A stretch of 41,225 bases of DNA, taken from NCBI GenBank assembly GCA_013239625.1, contig MU053760.1:31119-72343 (forward strand), given 5' to 3'. A program made the translations under genes and the position numbers. Position 1 is the first letter of the stretch; every line of letters starts with the position of its first letter. This document shows, in pieces, positions 1 to 13,093 of this stretch. Under the pieces are notes generated by a model. That model did not search any database and was not told where the DNA came from. It saw only the letters and a list, made by a program, of their open reading frames with translations. Origin of the DNA: Lama guanicoe (taxonomy: Eukaryota).

Positions 1-872
1 GGCACTTGCAAACAGACTGTGGAACCAGAGTAAGCGTCTCCACTGAAAACCGTTCCCTTTGGGCTAGATGAACGAACGTGTCTCCACATGCTCTGTTCTG
101 AGAGATAAGTGTGTTTGAAAGCCGCACTTCACCTTGCTTGTTAGGAAAACAAAGTTTCCTTTCAGTTGCAAACTCCACTACATACATATATTTGGGGTGG
201 TAAAAGCTCCAAATCGGTTTTACTGTGAAAACTGCAGGAAACTCAAACCGACACTAGGATACAGACTGATATGCCAGAGTAAGTGCTTCTACTGCAACCA
301 GTTCCCTTTGGGCTTTATAAACGAACGTCACTCCACATGCTGTGTTCTGAGAGATAATTGAGTGTGAAAGCCGTCCTTCATTTAACTTCTTGGGAGCTCA
401 AAGTTTCTTTTCATTTGAAAACTCCAATACATATATATATACGGGTAGTTACAGGCGCCAATTCGGTTTTACTGTGAACACTGCAGCAACTTCAAACTGC
501 CAGTAGGAAACAGAGTGAGAAACCAGAGAAAGTGTTTCTCCTGCAATCTCTTCCCATTTTGCTAGATGAACGAACGTCTCTCACCATGCTAAGTTCTGAG
601 AGATAATTATGTGTGAAAGCCGTCCTTCACGTAGCTTGTTGGGAACACATAGTTTCCTTTCAGTTACAAACTCCACTACATACATATATATTGGGTGTTA
701 AATGCTCCAAATCGGTTTTTCAGTGAAAACTGCAGGGAATTCAAACCGACACTAGGATACAGGCTGAGATGCCAGAGTATGTGTTTCTCCTGCAACCCCT
801 TCACTTTTTGCAAGATGAATGAGCGTCTCTCCCCATGCTCCGTTCTGAGAGATAATTGTGTGTTAAAGCCGT
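1..872. repeat. 249-bp tandem satellite, about 3.5 diverged monomers, truncated by the window start; candidate centromeric or pericentromeric satellite
   Basis: GTTCTGAGAGATAA recurs at 95, 344, 593 and 842, and PstI CTGCAG at 232, 481 and 730, all exactly 249 bp apart. Monomers differ by many substitutions. A centromeric role is inferred only from monomer size and context. Confidence 0.93.
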
Positions 873-3800
873 TCCAGGATTGTGCAGGCCCAGGAATCTG
901 CAGTCCCAGGAGAGGGCCGGCAAGGTGTGTGCATGCCCAGGTTTGTACAGGCATAGGGGGGAACAGGCACTGGATGTATCAGGCACAGGAGTGTTCAGAC
1001 ACAGGAGTGTGCTTCCACAGGATGGAGCAGGCACAGGAATGTTCAGGCACAGGGGTGTGCAGACACAGCTGAGAGCAGGACAACTGAGATCATTCTAGGA
1101 GTTTGGTTGCCCTGGTGTGTCCAGGCCCAGGAGTGGGCAGGCATAGGAGAGGGCAGGCCCAGGAGTGTGCAGACCTGGGAGTGTGCAGACCAAGGAAAGG
1201 GCAGGAATTTTGAGGGCCGTCCAAGGAGAGGGCAGGTCCAGGAGTGTTAAGGCCCAGGAGAGTGAAGACCCAGGGTTGTGCAGGCCCAGGATTGTTCAAG
1301 CCCAAAAGAGAGCAAGCCCCAGAGTGCGCAGACAAAGGAGAGGGAAGGAATTTTGAGTGCCCGCCAAGAAGAGGTCAGGTCCAGAATTGTGCAGGCCAGG
1401 AGAAGACCCAGGTTTGTGCTGGCCCAGGAATGTGGAGGCCCAGGAGTGTCAGACACAGGAGTGTGCAGGCCCGGTGTTGAGCAGACACAGCAGTGTGCAG
1501 GCCCAGGACTGTTCACGCCCAGCTGGTTGCAGACACAGGAGATGGCAGGACCTGAAGTGTGCAGAAACAGAAGTGTCCAGGCCCAAGTGTGTGCAGGCCC
1601 AGGAGTGTGCAGGCCCAGGAGACGGCATGTCCAAGAGGGTGCAGCCCAGGTGTGTGAAGGCCCAGGAGTGTGCTGTCCCAAGACTGTGGAGGCACAGGTG
1701 GGAGCAGGCCCAGGTGTGTGCAGGAACAGGAGGTAGCAGGCCCAGGAATGTGCAGGCCCAGGAATGTGCAGGCCCAATATTGTGCATGCCCAGGGGTGTT
1801 CTGTCACAAGAGAGAGCAGGCACAGATGTCTGCAGGCCCAGGGGTGTACAGGCCCAGGAGTGTGCAGGCACAGGATCGATCAGGCCCAGGATTGTGTAGG
1901 ACCAGGAGAGGGCAGGCCCATGTGTGGATAGGCCCAGGAGTGTGCTGGCCCAGGAGTGTGCAGACACAGGAGGGAGCAGGCCAAGGAGAGTGCAGGCCCA
2001 GGGGTGTGCAGACACAGGAAAGGTCAGACCCAGGAAGAAGCAGGCCCAGGATTGTGCAGGTCCAGGATTGTGCAGGCCCAATAGTGTGCATGCCCAGGGG
2101 TGTGCTGTCACAAGAGATAGCAGGCACAGGAGTCTGCAGGCCCAGAGGTCTTCAGGCCCAAGAGTGTGCAGGAACAGGTTCGATCATGCCCAGGGGTGTG
2201 CAGGACCTGTAGAGAGCAGGCCCATGAGTGGATAGGCCCAGGACTGTGCTGGCCCAGGAGTGTGCAGGCCCAGGAGTGTGCAGGTACAGGCGGGAGTAGG
2301 CCAAGGAGAGTATAGGCCCAGGAGTGTGCAGAAACAGGAAAGGTCATACCCAGGAGGAAGCAGGCCCAGGAGTGTGCAGGCCCAGGTGTGTGCAGGCCCA
2401 GGAGAGGGCAGGAGAAGGAGTTGCAGGCCCAGGGTTCTGCAGGCTCAGGAGTGTGCAGTCCCAGGAATGTGCAGGCACAGGAGGTAGCAGGCCCAGGAGT
2501 GTGCAGGCCAAGGGGTGTGTAGTCCCAACTGTGTGCAGGCCCAGCAGAGGCCAGGATCAGGAGTGTAAAGGCACAGGAGGTAGCAGGCCAAGGAGTGTGC
2601 AGGTCCAGGAGAGTGCATCCCCAACTGTGTGCAGGCCCAGTAGAGGGCAGGATCAGGAGTGTAAAGGCACAGGAGAAGGTAGGACAAGGAGTTGCAGGCC
2701 CAGGGGTCTGCAGGCCCAGGAGTGTGCAGTCCCAGGACTCTGCAGGTACATGAGGTTGTAGGACCAGGTTTGTTCAGGCACAGTAGGGAGCAGGCCCATG
2801 AGTGTGCAGGCCCAGGAGTCTGGAAGCCCAAAGGTGTGCAGACACAGGGGTGTGCAGTCCCAGGAGTGTGCACACTCAGGTGAGGGTAGGACAGGTGAGG
2901 TCCGGCTCAAGAGTAGGCAGGTTCAGGAATGGGCAGCTCTAGGAGTGTGCAGGCCCAGTTTTGTGCAGGCCCATGTGTGTGCAGGCCCAGTATAGTGCAG
3001 GCCCAGGAGAGGGCAGGCACAGGATTGTGCAGGCCCAGGTGAGGGCAGGCTCATGTGAGCACAGGTCCAGAAGAGGGTAGTCCCAGGAGTGTGCATGCCC
3101 ATGAGTTTGCAGGCCCAGCAGAGGCCAGGATCAGGAGTGTAAATGCACAGGAGGTAGCAGGCCAAGGATTGTGCAGGTCCAGGATTGTGCATTCACAACT
3201 GTGTGCAGGCCTAGGAGATGGCAGGCCCGTGCGTGTGCAGGCCCATTAGAGGGCAGGATCAGGAGTGTAAAGGCACAGGAGAAGGTAGGACAAGGAGTTG
3301 CAGGCCCAGGGGTCTGCAGGCCCAGGAGTGTGCAGTCCCAGGACTCTGCAGGTACAGTAGGGAGCAGAACCAGGAGTGAGCAGGATCTGGATTCTGCAGG
3401 CACAGGAGGGAGCAGGACCAGGTTTGTTCAGGCACAGTAGGGAGCAGGCCCATGGGTGTGCAGGCCCAGGATTCTGCAAGCCCAAAGGGTGCAGACACAG
3501 GAGTGTGCAGGCCCAGGGCTGTGCACACTCAGGTAAGGACAGTACAGGTGAGAGCCGGCCCAAGAGAAGGCAGGTTCAGGAGTAGGCAGCTCCAGAATTG
3601 TGCAGGCCCAGTTTTGTGCAGGCCCAGGAGTGTGCAGGCCCCGGAATGTGCAGACACAGGAGTGTGCAGCCCCAGGAGTGTGCAGACATAGTATTGTACA
3701 GGCCAATTGTCTGCAGGCCCAGGAGAGGGCTGGCCGAAGTGGGTGCAGGCCCAGGTGAGATCAGGTCCAGGAGTGTGCAGGCCCAGGATTCTGCAGTCCC

Positions 3801-6800
3801 AGGAGAGGGCAAGCCAGGTGTGTGCATGCCCAGGATTGTACAGGCACAGGATTGAGCAGGCACAGGAATGTGTAGGCCCAGGGGTGTGCAGACACAGCAG
3901 AAGGCAGGACAGTTGAGGGCATTCCAGGAGTGTGGAGGCCAAGGTGTGTCCAGGCCAAGGTGCGTGCAGGCATAGGAGAGGGCAGGCCCAGGATTGTGCA
4001 GGCCCAAGAGTGTGCAGAAACAGGAGTTTGCAGGCCCAAAAGAGGGCAGGCCCAAGAGTGTGCAGGCCCAGGTGTGTGCAGACAAAGAAAGGGCAAGAAT
4101 GTTGAGGGCCAGCCAAGGAGAAGGCAGGTCCAGGACTGTGAGGCCCAGGAGTGTGAAGACACAGGAGTGTGCAGGCCCAGGAATGTGCAGGCCCAAAAGT
4201 GGGCAGGCCCAGGGAGTGTGGAGGCCCAGGAGTTTCAGACACAGCCGTGTGCAGGCCCAGGAATGTGCAGGCAAAGGAGGGAGCAGGCTCAGGCGTGTGC
4301 AGGCCCAGGAGTGTGCAGGCCCAGGAGGGAGTAGGCGAAGGAGTGTGCAGGCCCAGGAGTGTGCAGGCACAGGTTGTAGCAGCCCAGGAATGTGCAGGCC
4401 AATGGTTGTGCAGTCCCAACTCTTTGCAGGCCAAGGAGAGGGCAGGCCCATGGGTGTGCAGGCCCAGCAGAGGCCAGAATCTGGAGTGTAAAGGCACAGG
4501 AGGTAGCAGGCCAAGGATTGTGCAGGTCCAGGAGAGTGCAGTCCCAACTGTGTGCAGACCCAGGAGAGGGAAGGCCCATGAGTGTGCAGTCTGAGGAATG
4601 TGCAGGCCCAAGCGTGTGCAGACAGTGGAGGAAGCAGGCACAGGGGTGCGCACGCCAAGGAGTATGCCGGCCCAAGATTGTTCAGGCACAAGAGTGTGCA
4701 GGCCCAGGAGAGTGCAGGCCCTGGAGTGTTCAGGTCCAGGATTTTTCAGTCCCAATATTGTGCAGGCCCAGGAGTGTGCTGTCACAAGGGAGAGCAGGCA
4801 GAGGGATCGGCAGGCCCAAGGTTAAACAGGCCCAGGAGTGTGCAGGCACAAGATCGAGCAGGCCCAGGAATGTGCACGACCAGGAAAGGGAAGGCCCATG
4901 AGAGGATAGGCACAGGATTGTGCAGGCCCAGGTGAAGGTAGGCTCAGGTGCGCGCAGGTCCAGGAGAGGGTAGGCCCAGGAATGTGCAGCCCATGAGATG
5001 GCAGGCCCAGGAGTATTCAGGCACAAGAGTGTGGAGTCACAGGAGTGTAAAAGCTCAGGAATGTGCAGGCCCAGGAGTGTACAGGCCCAGGAAATTGCTG
5101 GCACATTAGAGAGAAGGCACAGGAGTGTGCATGCCAAGGGGTGTAGAGGCCCAGTAGTGTGCAGGCCCAGTTGTGTGCCTGTACAGGACAGAGCAGGCCC
5201 AGTATAGTGCAGGCCTAGGAGAGTGAACACCCAGGAGTTTGCAGGCCCAGGAGTGTGCAGGCCTGGGAGTGTGCAGACAAAGGAGAGGGCAGGAATATAG
5301 AGGGCTGGCCAAGGAGAGGGCAAGTCCAGGATTGTGCAGGCCCAGGATTGTGAAGACCCAGGAATGTGCAGGCCCAGGAGTGTGGAGGCCCAGGATTGTC
5401 AGACACAGTATTGTGCAGGACCAGGGGTGTGCAGACACTGGATTGTCCAGGCCCAATCGTGTGCAGGCCCAGGTGAGGGATGGCCGAAGTGGGTGCAGGC
5501 CCAGGTGACAGCAGTTCCAGGAGTGTGTAGGCCCAGGAGTCTGCAGTCCCAGGAGAGGGCAGGCCAGGAGTGTGCATGCCCAGGATTGTACAGGCACAGG
5601 AGGGAGCATGCACAGGATGGATCAGCTACAGGAGTGTTCAGACACAGGAGTGTGCTGGCAAAGGATGGAGCAGGCTTAGGAGTGTGCAGGCCCAGGAGGG
5701 TGCAGACACAGCAGAGAGCAGGACATTTGAGGGCATTCCAGGAGTCTGGAGGCCTTGGTGTGTCCAGGCCCAGGAGTGCACAGGCATAGGAGAGGGCAGG
5801 CCCAGGAGTGTGCAGGCCCGGGTGTGTGCAGACAAAGGAAAGAGCAGGAATGTTGAGGGCCGGCCCAAGAGAAGGCAGGTTCAGGATTGGGCAGCTCCAG
5901 GAGAGTGCAGGTCCAGGATTGTGCAGGCCCAATAGTGGGCATGCCCAGGGGTGTGCTGTCACAAGAGAAAGCAGGCACAGGGTTCTGCAGGCCCAGGGGT
6001 GTACAGGCCCAGGAGTGTGCAGACACAGGATCGATCAGTCCCAGAAGTATGCAGGACCAGGAAAGGGCAGGCCCATGAGTGGATAGGCCCAGGAGTGTGT
6101 TGGCCCAGGAGTGTGCAGGCACAGGAGGGAGCAGGCCAAAGAGTTTGCAGGCCCAGGGGTGTGCAGGCACAGGAGGGAGCAGGTCAAGGAGAGTGCAGGC
6201 CCAGGGATGTGCTGGCCCAGGAGTGTTCAGAAACAGGAGGGAGCAGGCCTAGGGGTGTGCAGGCGAAGGAGTGTGCAGTGCCAGCTGTGTGCAGGACCAG
6301 GAGAGGGCAGGCCCTTGAGAGGATAGGCCCAGGAGTGTGCAGGCACAAGAGTGTGCAGACACAGGAGTATTCAGGCCCAGGAGAAGTCAGGCCCATGGAT
6401 GTGCAGGCCAAGCAGAAGGCAGGATCAACAGTGTACAGGCCCAGGAGAGAGCAGGCTGAGGAATTTTCAGACACAGGAGAAAGCAGGACAAGGAGTTGCA
6501 GGCCCAGGGGTATGCAGGCCCAGGGGTGTGGAGGCCCAGGAGTCTCAGACACAGGAGAGTTCAGGCCCAGGGGTGAGCAGACACAGCAGTGTGCAGGCCC
6601 AAGTGTGTTCAGGCCCAGCAGTGTGCAGACACAGGCGACGGCAGGACCTGGAGTGTGCAGAAACAGAAGTGTCCAGGCCCAGGATTGTGCAGGCCCCGGA
6701 GATGGCATTTCCAGAAGGGTGCATGCCCAGGAGTGTGAAGGCCAAGGATTGTGCTGTCCCACGACTGTGGAGGCACAGGTGGGAGGAAGCCCAGGAGGAT

Positions 6801-9800
6801 GCAGACACAGGGAGTATGTAGGCCCAGGAGACGGCAGGCCCAGGGGTGTACAGGACCAGGGGTGTGCCGGCACAGCTTCGAGTAGGCCCAGGAGTGTGCA
6901 GGACCAGAAGAGTGCAGGCCCAGTAGTGTGCAGGCCCAGGAGTCTGTAGGCCCAGGAGTGTGCAGACAAAGTAGAGGGCAGGATCAGGGATGTACAGGCC
7001 CAGGAAAGGACAGGCCCAGGAGTGTGCAGGCCTTGGATTGTGCTGGCACAGGAGGGAGCAGGCCCAGTTGTGTTCAGGCACAGTAGGGCGCAGGCCCAGG
7101 ATTGGGCAGGACCAGGATTGTACAGATACAGGGGAGGTGAGGTCCAGGAGGGTGCAGGGCCAGAAATGTGCAGACACAGGAGTGTGCTGTCCCAGGTGTG
7201 TGCAGGCCCAGTTGTGTGCATTCCCAGGGGTGTGGAGACACAAGAGGGAGCAGGCCCAGGATTGTGCAGTCCCAGGTGTGTGCACGCCTATGAGTGTGCA
7301 GACACAGGAGGTAGCAGACACAGGTGTGTCCATGCCAAGGGGTGTGCAGGCCCAGGAGTGTTCAGGCCCAGGAGTGTGCAGTCCCAGGTGTGTGCATGCC
7401 CAAGGTTGTGCAGACACAGGAGGTTGCAAGCACAGTGGTATGCTGGCCCAGGAGTGTGCAGGCACAGGAATGTGCATGCCTAGGAGTGTGCAGGCCCAGG
7501 AGAGGGCTGGCCCCGGTGTGTGCAGGCCCGGAGAGGGCAGGCCCAGTAGTGTGCAGGCCAAGGAGTATGCAGGCAAAGGAGGGAGCAGGCCCAGGAGTGT
7601 ACAAGCGAAGCTGTGTGCTGGCATAGGAGGGAGAAGTCCCAGGAGTGTGCTGGCCCAGGTGTGCGCAGTATCAGAAGTGTGCAGGCCCCGGAGTGTGCAG
7701 ACACAGGAGTGTGCAGGCCCAGGAGAATGCACACACAGGATTGTGCAGGCCCAATCATGTGCAGGCCTAGAAGAGGGCCGGCCGAAGTAGGTGCAGGCCC
7801 AGGTGAGAGCCAGTCCAGGAGTGTGCAGGCCCAGGAGTCTGCAGTCCCAGGATTGTAAAGGCACAGGTGGGAGCAGGCACAAGATGGAGCAGGCACAGGA
7901 GTGTGAAGAATCAGGAGTGTGCAGGCCCAGGAGAGTGGAGGCCCAGAAGTGTCAGACACAGGAGTGTGCAGGCCCAGGGGTATGCAGACACAGGTGGGTG
8001 CAGTCCGAAGCCTGTGCAGGCACAGGAGGAAGCAGAATCAGGAGTGTGGAGGACCTGTGTTGTGCAGGCACAGGAGGGAGAAGGCCTAGGTGTGTGCAGG
8101 AACAGTAGGGAGCAGGGACAGTAGGGTTCAGGCCCAGGAGTGTGGAGGCCCAATGGTGGGCAGACACAAGGTTGTGCAGGCCTAAGTGATGGCAGGCCCA
8201 GGTGTGTGCAGTTCCAGGAGAGGACAGTCCCAGGAGTGTGCATACCCAGGTGTGTGCAGGCCCAGGAGTGTGGAGGCACAGGAGGGAGCAGGCCCAGGAA
8301 TGTGCAGGCCCATGTGTGTGCATACACAGGAGGGTTTAGGCCCAGGATAGGGTAAGTCCATTATTGTGAAGGCTCAGGCGAGGGCAGGCCCAGGAGAGGG
8401 TGGGACCAGGAGAGGACTGTGCCAGGTGTGTGCAGGCCCAGGAAATGGCAGGCCCAGTAGTGTGCAGGCCCAGAAGTGTGCAGGCCAAGGTGTGTCCAGG
8501 CCCAGCAGTGCGCAGGCATAGGAGAGGGCAAGCCCAGGAGTGTGCAGACCCAAGTGTGTGCAGAAATCTGAGTGTTCAGGCCCAAAAGAGGGCAGACCCA
8601 GGAGTGTGCCGACAAAGGAGAGGGCAGGAATTTTGAGGGCCGGCCAATGAGAAGGCTGGTTCAGCAGTGTGCAGATACAGGAGTGTGAAGACCCAGGAGT
8701 TTGCAGGCCCAGGAGTGTGCAGACAAAGGGAGGGCAGGAATGTTGAGGGCCTGCCAAGGAGAGGGCTTGTCTTGGAGTGTGCAGGCACAGGAGTGTGAAG
8801 ACCCAGGAGAGAGTAGGCACAGGAGTGTGAATGCCCAGGTGTGTGCAGGCCCAGGAGTGTGCAGGCACAGAATGGAGCAGGCCTTTGTGTGTGCATTCCC
8901 AGTTGTTGCAGCCCAGGAGAGGACAGGCCCTGGAATGTGCAGGCCCAGGAGTGTGCAGACACATGAGTGTGCAGGCCCAGGAGAGGGCATGTCGAATTGA
9001 AGTCAGGTCCAGGAATGTGCAGGCCCAGGATTGTTCAGGCCCAGGAGTGTGCAGACACAGGATAGTGCGATCCCAGTAGCGTGCTAGCCAAGGGGTGTGC
9101 AGGCCCAGGAGAGAGCAGGCCCAGGATTGTGCAGGACCAATAGAGGGCAGACCCAGGAGTGTGCCAAAACAGAAGGGAGCAAGCCCAGATATGTGTAGAC
9201 CCAGGAGTGTGCAGACATAGTAGGGATCAGGCCAAGGAATGTGCAGTCCCAGGAGAGATAATGCCCAGGTGTGTGCAGGCCCAGGAGTATTCAGGCCAAA
9301 TAGTATGCAGGAACAGGATTGTGCAGGATCAGGAGTGTGCAGTCCCAGGAGTCTGCAGGCACAGGAGGGAGCTGGCCCAGGAGTGTGCAGGCCCTGGAGG
9401 GTGCAGACACAGGAGTTGCAGGACCACGTGTTTGCATGCACAGTAGGGAGCAGGCCCAGGAGTGTGCAGGCCCAGGAGCTTGCAGACACAGCAGATGGTA
9501 GGCCCAAGAGTGTACAGGCCCAAGTGTGTGCAGATCCAGAGGTGTGAAGATACAGAATGTAGCAGGCCCAGGACTGTGCATGCCCAGGAGTGTGCAGGCC
9601 CAGGAATATGCAGACACAAGAGTGTACAGACACAGGAGGGAGAAGGCCCCGGAATGTGAAGGACCAAGCGTGTGCATGCAAAGAGTGTGCAGACACAGTA
9701 GCGGGCAGGCCCAGGAGTGTGCAGGCCCAGGAGAGTCCAGACTCAGGAGTGTGCAGGCACAGGAGGGAGCAGTCCCAGGGGTGTGCAGGAACAGGAGAGA

Positions 9801-12800
9801 ACAGGCCCAGGAGTGTACAGACACACGAGGGAGCAGGACTAGAAGTGTGCAGGCCCAGGAGTGTGCAGGCCCTGTGGTGTTCAGACACAGGAGAGAATAG
9901 GCACAGGATTGTGCATGCCCAGAAATGTGCAGGCCCTGAATTGGGCAGGCCCAAGAGTGTGCAGGCCCAGGAGTGTGCATGCCCATGAGTGTGCAGGAAC
10001 AGGGGGAAGCAGGCCCAGGAGTGTGCAGGCCCAGGAGTGTGCAAGCCCAGGAGAGTACCGTCTGAAGTAGGAGCAGGCCCAGGTGTGGGCAGGTCCATGT
10101 ATGTGGAGCCCCAGAAGTGGGCAGCCCCAGGAGTGTGCAGGCCCAGGGATCGGCAGGCCCAGGAGAGTTCAAACCCAGGAGATTTCAGGCCCAGGAGAGT
10201 CCAAACCCAGGAGTGTGCAGGCCCAGGGGTGTGCAGGCCCTGGAGTGTGCATATACAGGAGGGAGGAGGACCAGAATTATGCAGGCCGATTAGTGTGCAG
10301 GGGCAGGGGAGTGCAGGTCCAGGAGTGTGCAGGCCTAGTAGTGTGCAGGCCCAGGTGTGTGCAGATACAAGAGGGAACAGGCACAGGAGAGTGCAGGCCA
10401 AGGAGAGGGCAGGCCCAGGGGAGGGCAGGCCCAGTAGTATGCAGGCCTAGGAGTGTGCAGACACAAGATAGTATGATCGCAGGAGCGGGCTAGCCCAGGG
10501 TTGTGCAGGCCAAGGAGTGTTCCAAAACAGGAGGGAGCAGGCCCAGATGTGTGCAGGCCTAGGAGTGTGCAGACAAAGGACGGAGCAGGCCCAGGAATGT
10601 GCAGGATGTGGTGTGTGCAGGCCCAGGAGTGTGAAGACATAGGAGGGATCAGGCCCAGGGGTGAGCAGGCCCAGGATTGTGCATTCCCAGGAGTGTGCAG
10701 ACACAGGAGGGAGCAGGCACAGGAGTGTGCAGGCCCAGGAGAGGGCAGGCCCAGCAGTGTGCAGGCGCAGGAGGGAGCAGGCACAGGAGAAGTCAGGATC
10801 AGGTGTGTGCTGTCCAAGGAGAGGGAAGGCCCAGGAGTATTCAGGCCAAGGGGTGTGCAGGCACAGGATTGTGCAGGATCAGGAGTGTGCAGGCCCAGGA
10901 GTCTGCAGGCACAGGAGGGAGCAGCCCCAAGCATGTGCAGGCCCAAGAGTGTGCATTGCCAGGGTTGTGCTGACACAGGAGGGTTCAGGCCCCGGAGAGG
11001 GCTGGCCGAATTGGAGGAAGGTGCATGAGAAGGCAGGTCCAGGAGTATGCAGGTCCAGGAGTATGCAGACAAGTAGTGTGCTGGCCCAGGGGAGGGCAGG
11101 CCAAGGATTGTGCAGGCCCAGGAGAGGGCAGTCCCAGGAGAATCTAGACCCAGGAGTGTGCAGGCACAGGAATATGCAGGCAAAGAGGGAGTAGTCCCAG
11201 GTGTGTACAGGCCCAGGGGTATCTAGGCCCAGGTGTGTGCAGGCCCAGCAGTGTGCAGGCCCAGGAGTGTGCAGGCCCAGGAGTGTGCAGGCCCAGGAGT
11301 GTGCAGACACAAGAGTATGCAGGCCCAGGATTGTGCAGGACCTGGAGAGTGCAGACACAAGAGTGTGCAGTCCAAGGAGTGTTCAGGACCAGGAGTGTGC
11401 AGACACAAGTTATTGCGATCCCAGGAGCGGTTTAGCCCAGGGGTTTGCAGGCCCATGTGTGTTCCAAAACAGGAGGTAGCATGCCCAGATGTGTCCAGGC
11501 CCAGAAGTGGGCAGACACAGGACGGAGCAGGCCCAGGAATATGCTGGATGTGTTGTGTGCAGGCCCAGGAGTGTGCAGACATAGGAGGGATCAGGCCCAG
11601 GAGTGAGCAGGCCCAAGGGTGTGCAGTGCCAGGAGTAGGCAGACACAGGAGTGAGCAGGCCAGGAGTGTGCAGGCCCAGGAGGGTGTAGGCCCAGGTTTG
11701 TGCAGATGCAGAAGTGTGCAGACACATCAGTGTGCAAGCCTAGGTGTGTGCAGAGAATTGTGCAGGCCCAAGTGTGTGTCACACAGGAGAGGGCAGGACA
11801 GGTGAGGGCAGGCCCAGGAGTGTGCAGGCTCAGGAGTGTGCAGGCCCAGAATGTAGGAGGCCCAGGGCTGTGCAGGCCCAGGGGTGTGCAGGCCCGGGTG
11901 TGTGCAGACACAGGCAGTTGTGTGCAGGGCCACGATTGTGTAGTCCCAGAAATGTTCAGGCCCAGGATTTGACAGACACAGGAGTGTGCAGGCACAAAGA
12001 GTGTACAGGCCCTGGAGTGTGCAGGACCAGGGGATGGTAGGCCCATTAATGAGCAAGCCCAGGAGTGTGTAGTCCCAGGTGTGTGCAGACACAGGTGTGT
12101 GCAGGCCCAGGAGTGTGCAGACACAGGTGTGTACAGACACAGGTGTGTGCAGCCTCAGGGGTTTTCAGGTCCATGAGTGTGCAGTCACAGCAGTATGTAG
12201 GCCCAGGAATGTGCAGGCTCAGAAGTGTGCTGGCCCTGGAGAAGACAGGCCAATGTGTGTGCAGGCACAGGGGTGTGCAGTCTCAGGAGTGTGCAGGCAC
12301 AGGAGGGGGCAGGCGCAGGATTGTGCAGGCCCAGAAGTGTACAGAAACAGTTGTGTTCAGGCCCAGGATTGTGCAGAAACTGGAGAGGGCAGGCCCAGTA
12401 TTGTTAAGGCCCAGGAGTGTGCAGACACAGGATAGTGCGATCCCAGGAGCGGGCTAGCCCAGTGTTGTGTAGGCCCAGGAGAGAGCAGGCTCAGGAGTGT
12501 GCAGGACCAGTAGAGGGTAGGCCCAGGCGTGTGCAGGGTCAGGAGTGTGCCGAAATAGTGGGGAGCAGGCCCAGATGTGTGCAGGCCCAGGAGTGTGCAG
12601 ACACAGGACAGAGAAGGCCCAGGAATGTGCAAGTCCAGGAGTGTGCAGGCCCAGGAGTGAGCAGTCCCAGGATTGTGCAGACCCAGGTGTGTGCAGATCC
12701 ATGAGATGGCCGGCCGAATTGGGGGAGGGCCCAGGAGAGTGCAGGCCCAGGTGTGTGCAGGCCCAGGAGTGTGCAGGCATAGGAGGGAACAGGCACAAGT

Positions 12801-13093
12801 GTGTGCAGGCCCAAGGGTATGGAGGCCCAGGAAGATGTAGGACCAGGTGTGTGCAGGCTCAGGAGTGTGCAGGCCCAGGAATGTGCAGACACAGGAGTGT
12901 ACAAGCCCAGGAGAGAGCAGACACAGGAGTGTGAAGGCCCAGGTGTGTGCAGTCCCAGGAGTGTGCATACCGAGGATTGTGCAGACGCAGGAGTGTGCAG
13001 TCCCTGGGAGGGCAGGCCCAGCAGTATGCAGGCCAAGGGGAGGGCAGGCCCAGGAGTGTGCAGGCCCAGGAGTGTTTAGGCCCAGGATTGTGC
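873..13093 (+). repeat. 16-bp GC-rich satellite, left arm, degenerate, G-rich strand on + (consensus GGCCCAGGAGTGTGCA)
   Basis: Continuous ~16-nt periodicity of CAGGCCCAGGAGTGTG with recurrent variants (GACACAGGAGTGTGCA, GGCACAGGAGGGAGCA, GGCCCAGGAGAGGGCA). About 760 monomers by length/16. Confidence 0.97.

Noticed and set aside
134..1072. Similar ORFs at 134-361 and 695-1072 (KPTLGYRL...C) suggesting a duplicated small gene
   Set aside because: They are translations of the 249-bp satellite monomer (249=83x3 preserves the frame).
1140..1165. Resemblance of the GGAGAGGGCAGG variant to the Jeffreys minisatellite core or Chi
   Set aside because: A short, loose match that is expected in G-rich repeats, and it is not present in the main consensus.
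8341..8380. Locally odd stretch GATAGGGTAAGTCCATTATTGTGAAGG, a possible insertion or donor site
   Set aside because: It remains roughly in 16-bp register and is explained as heavily mutated monomers.
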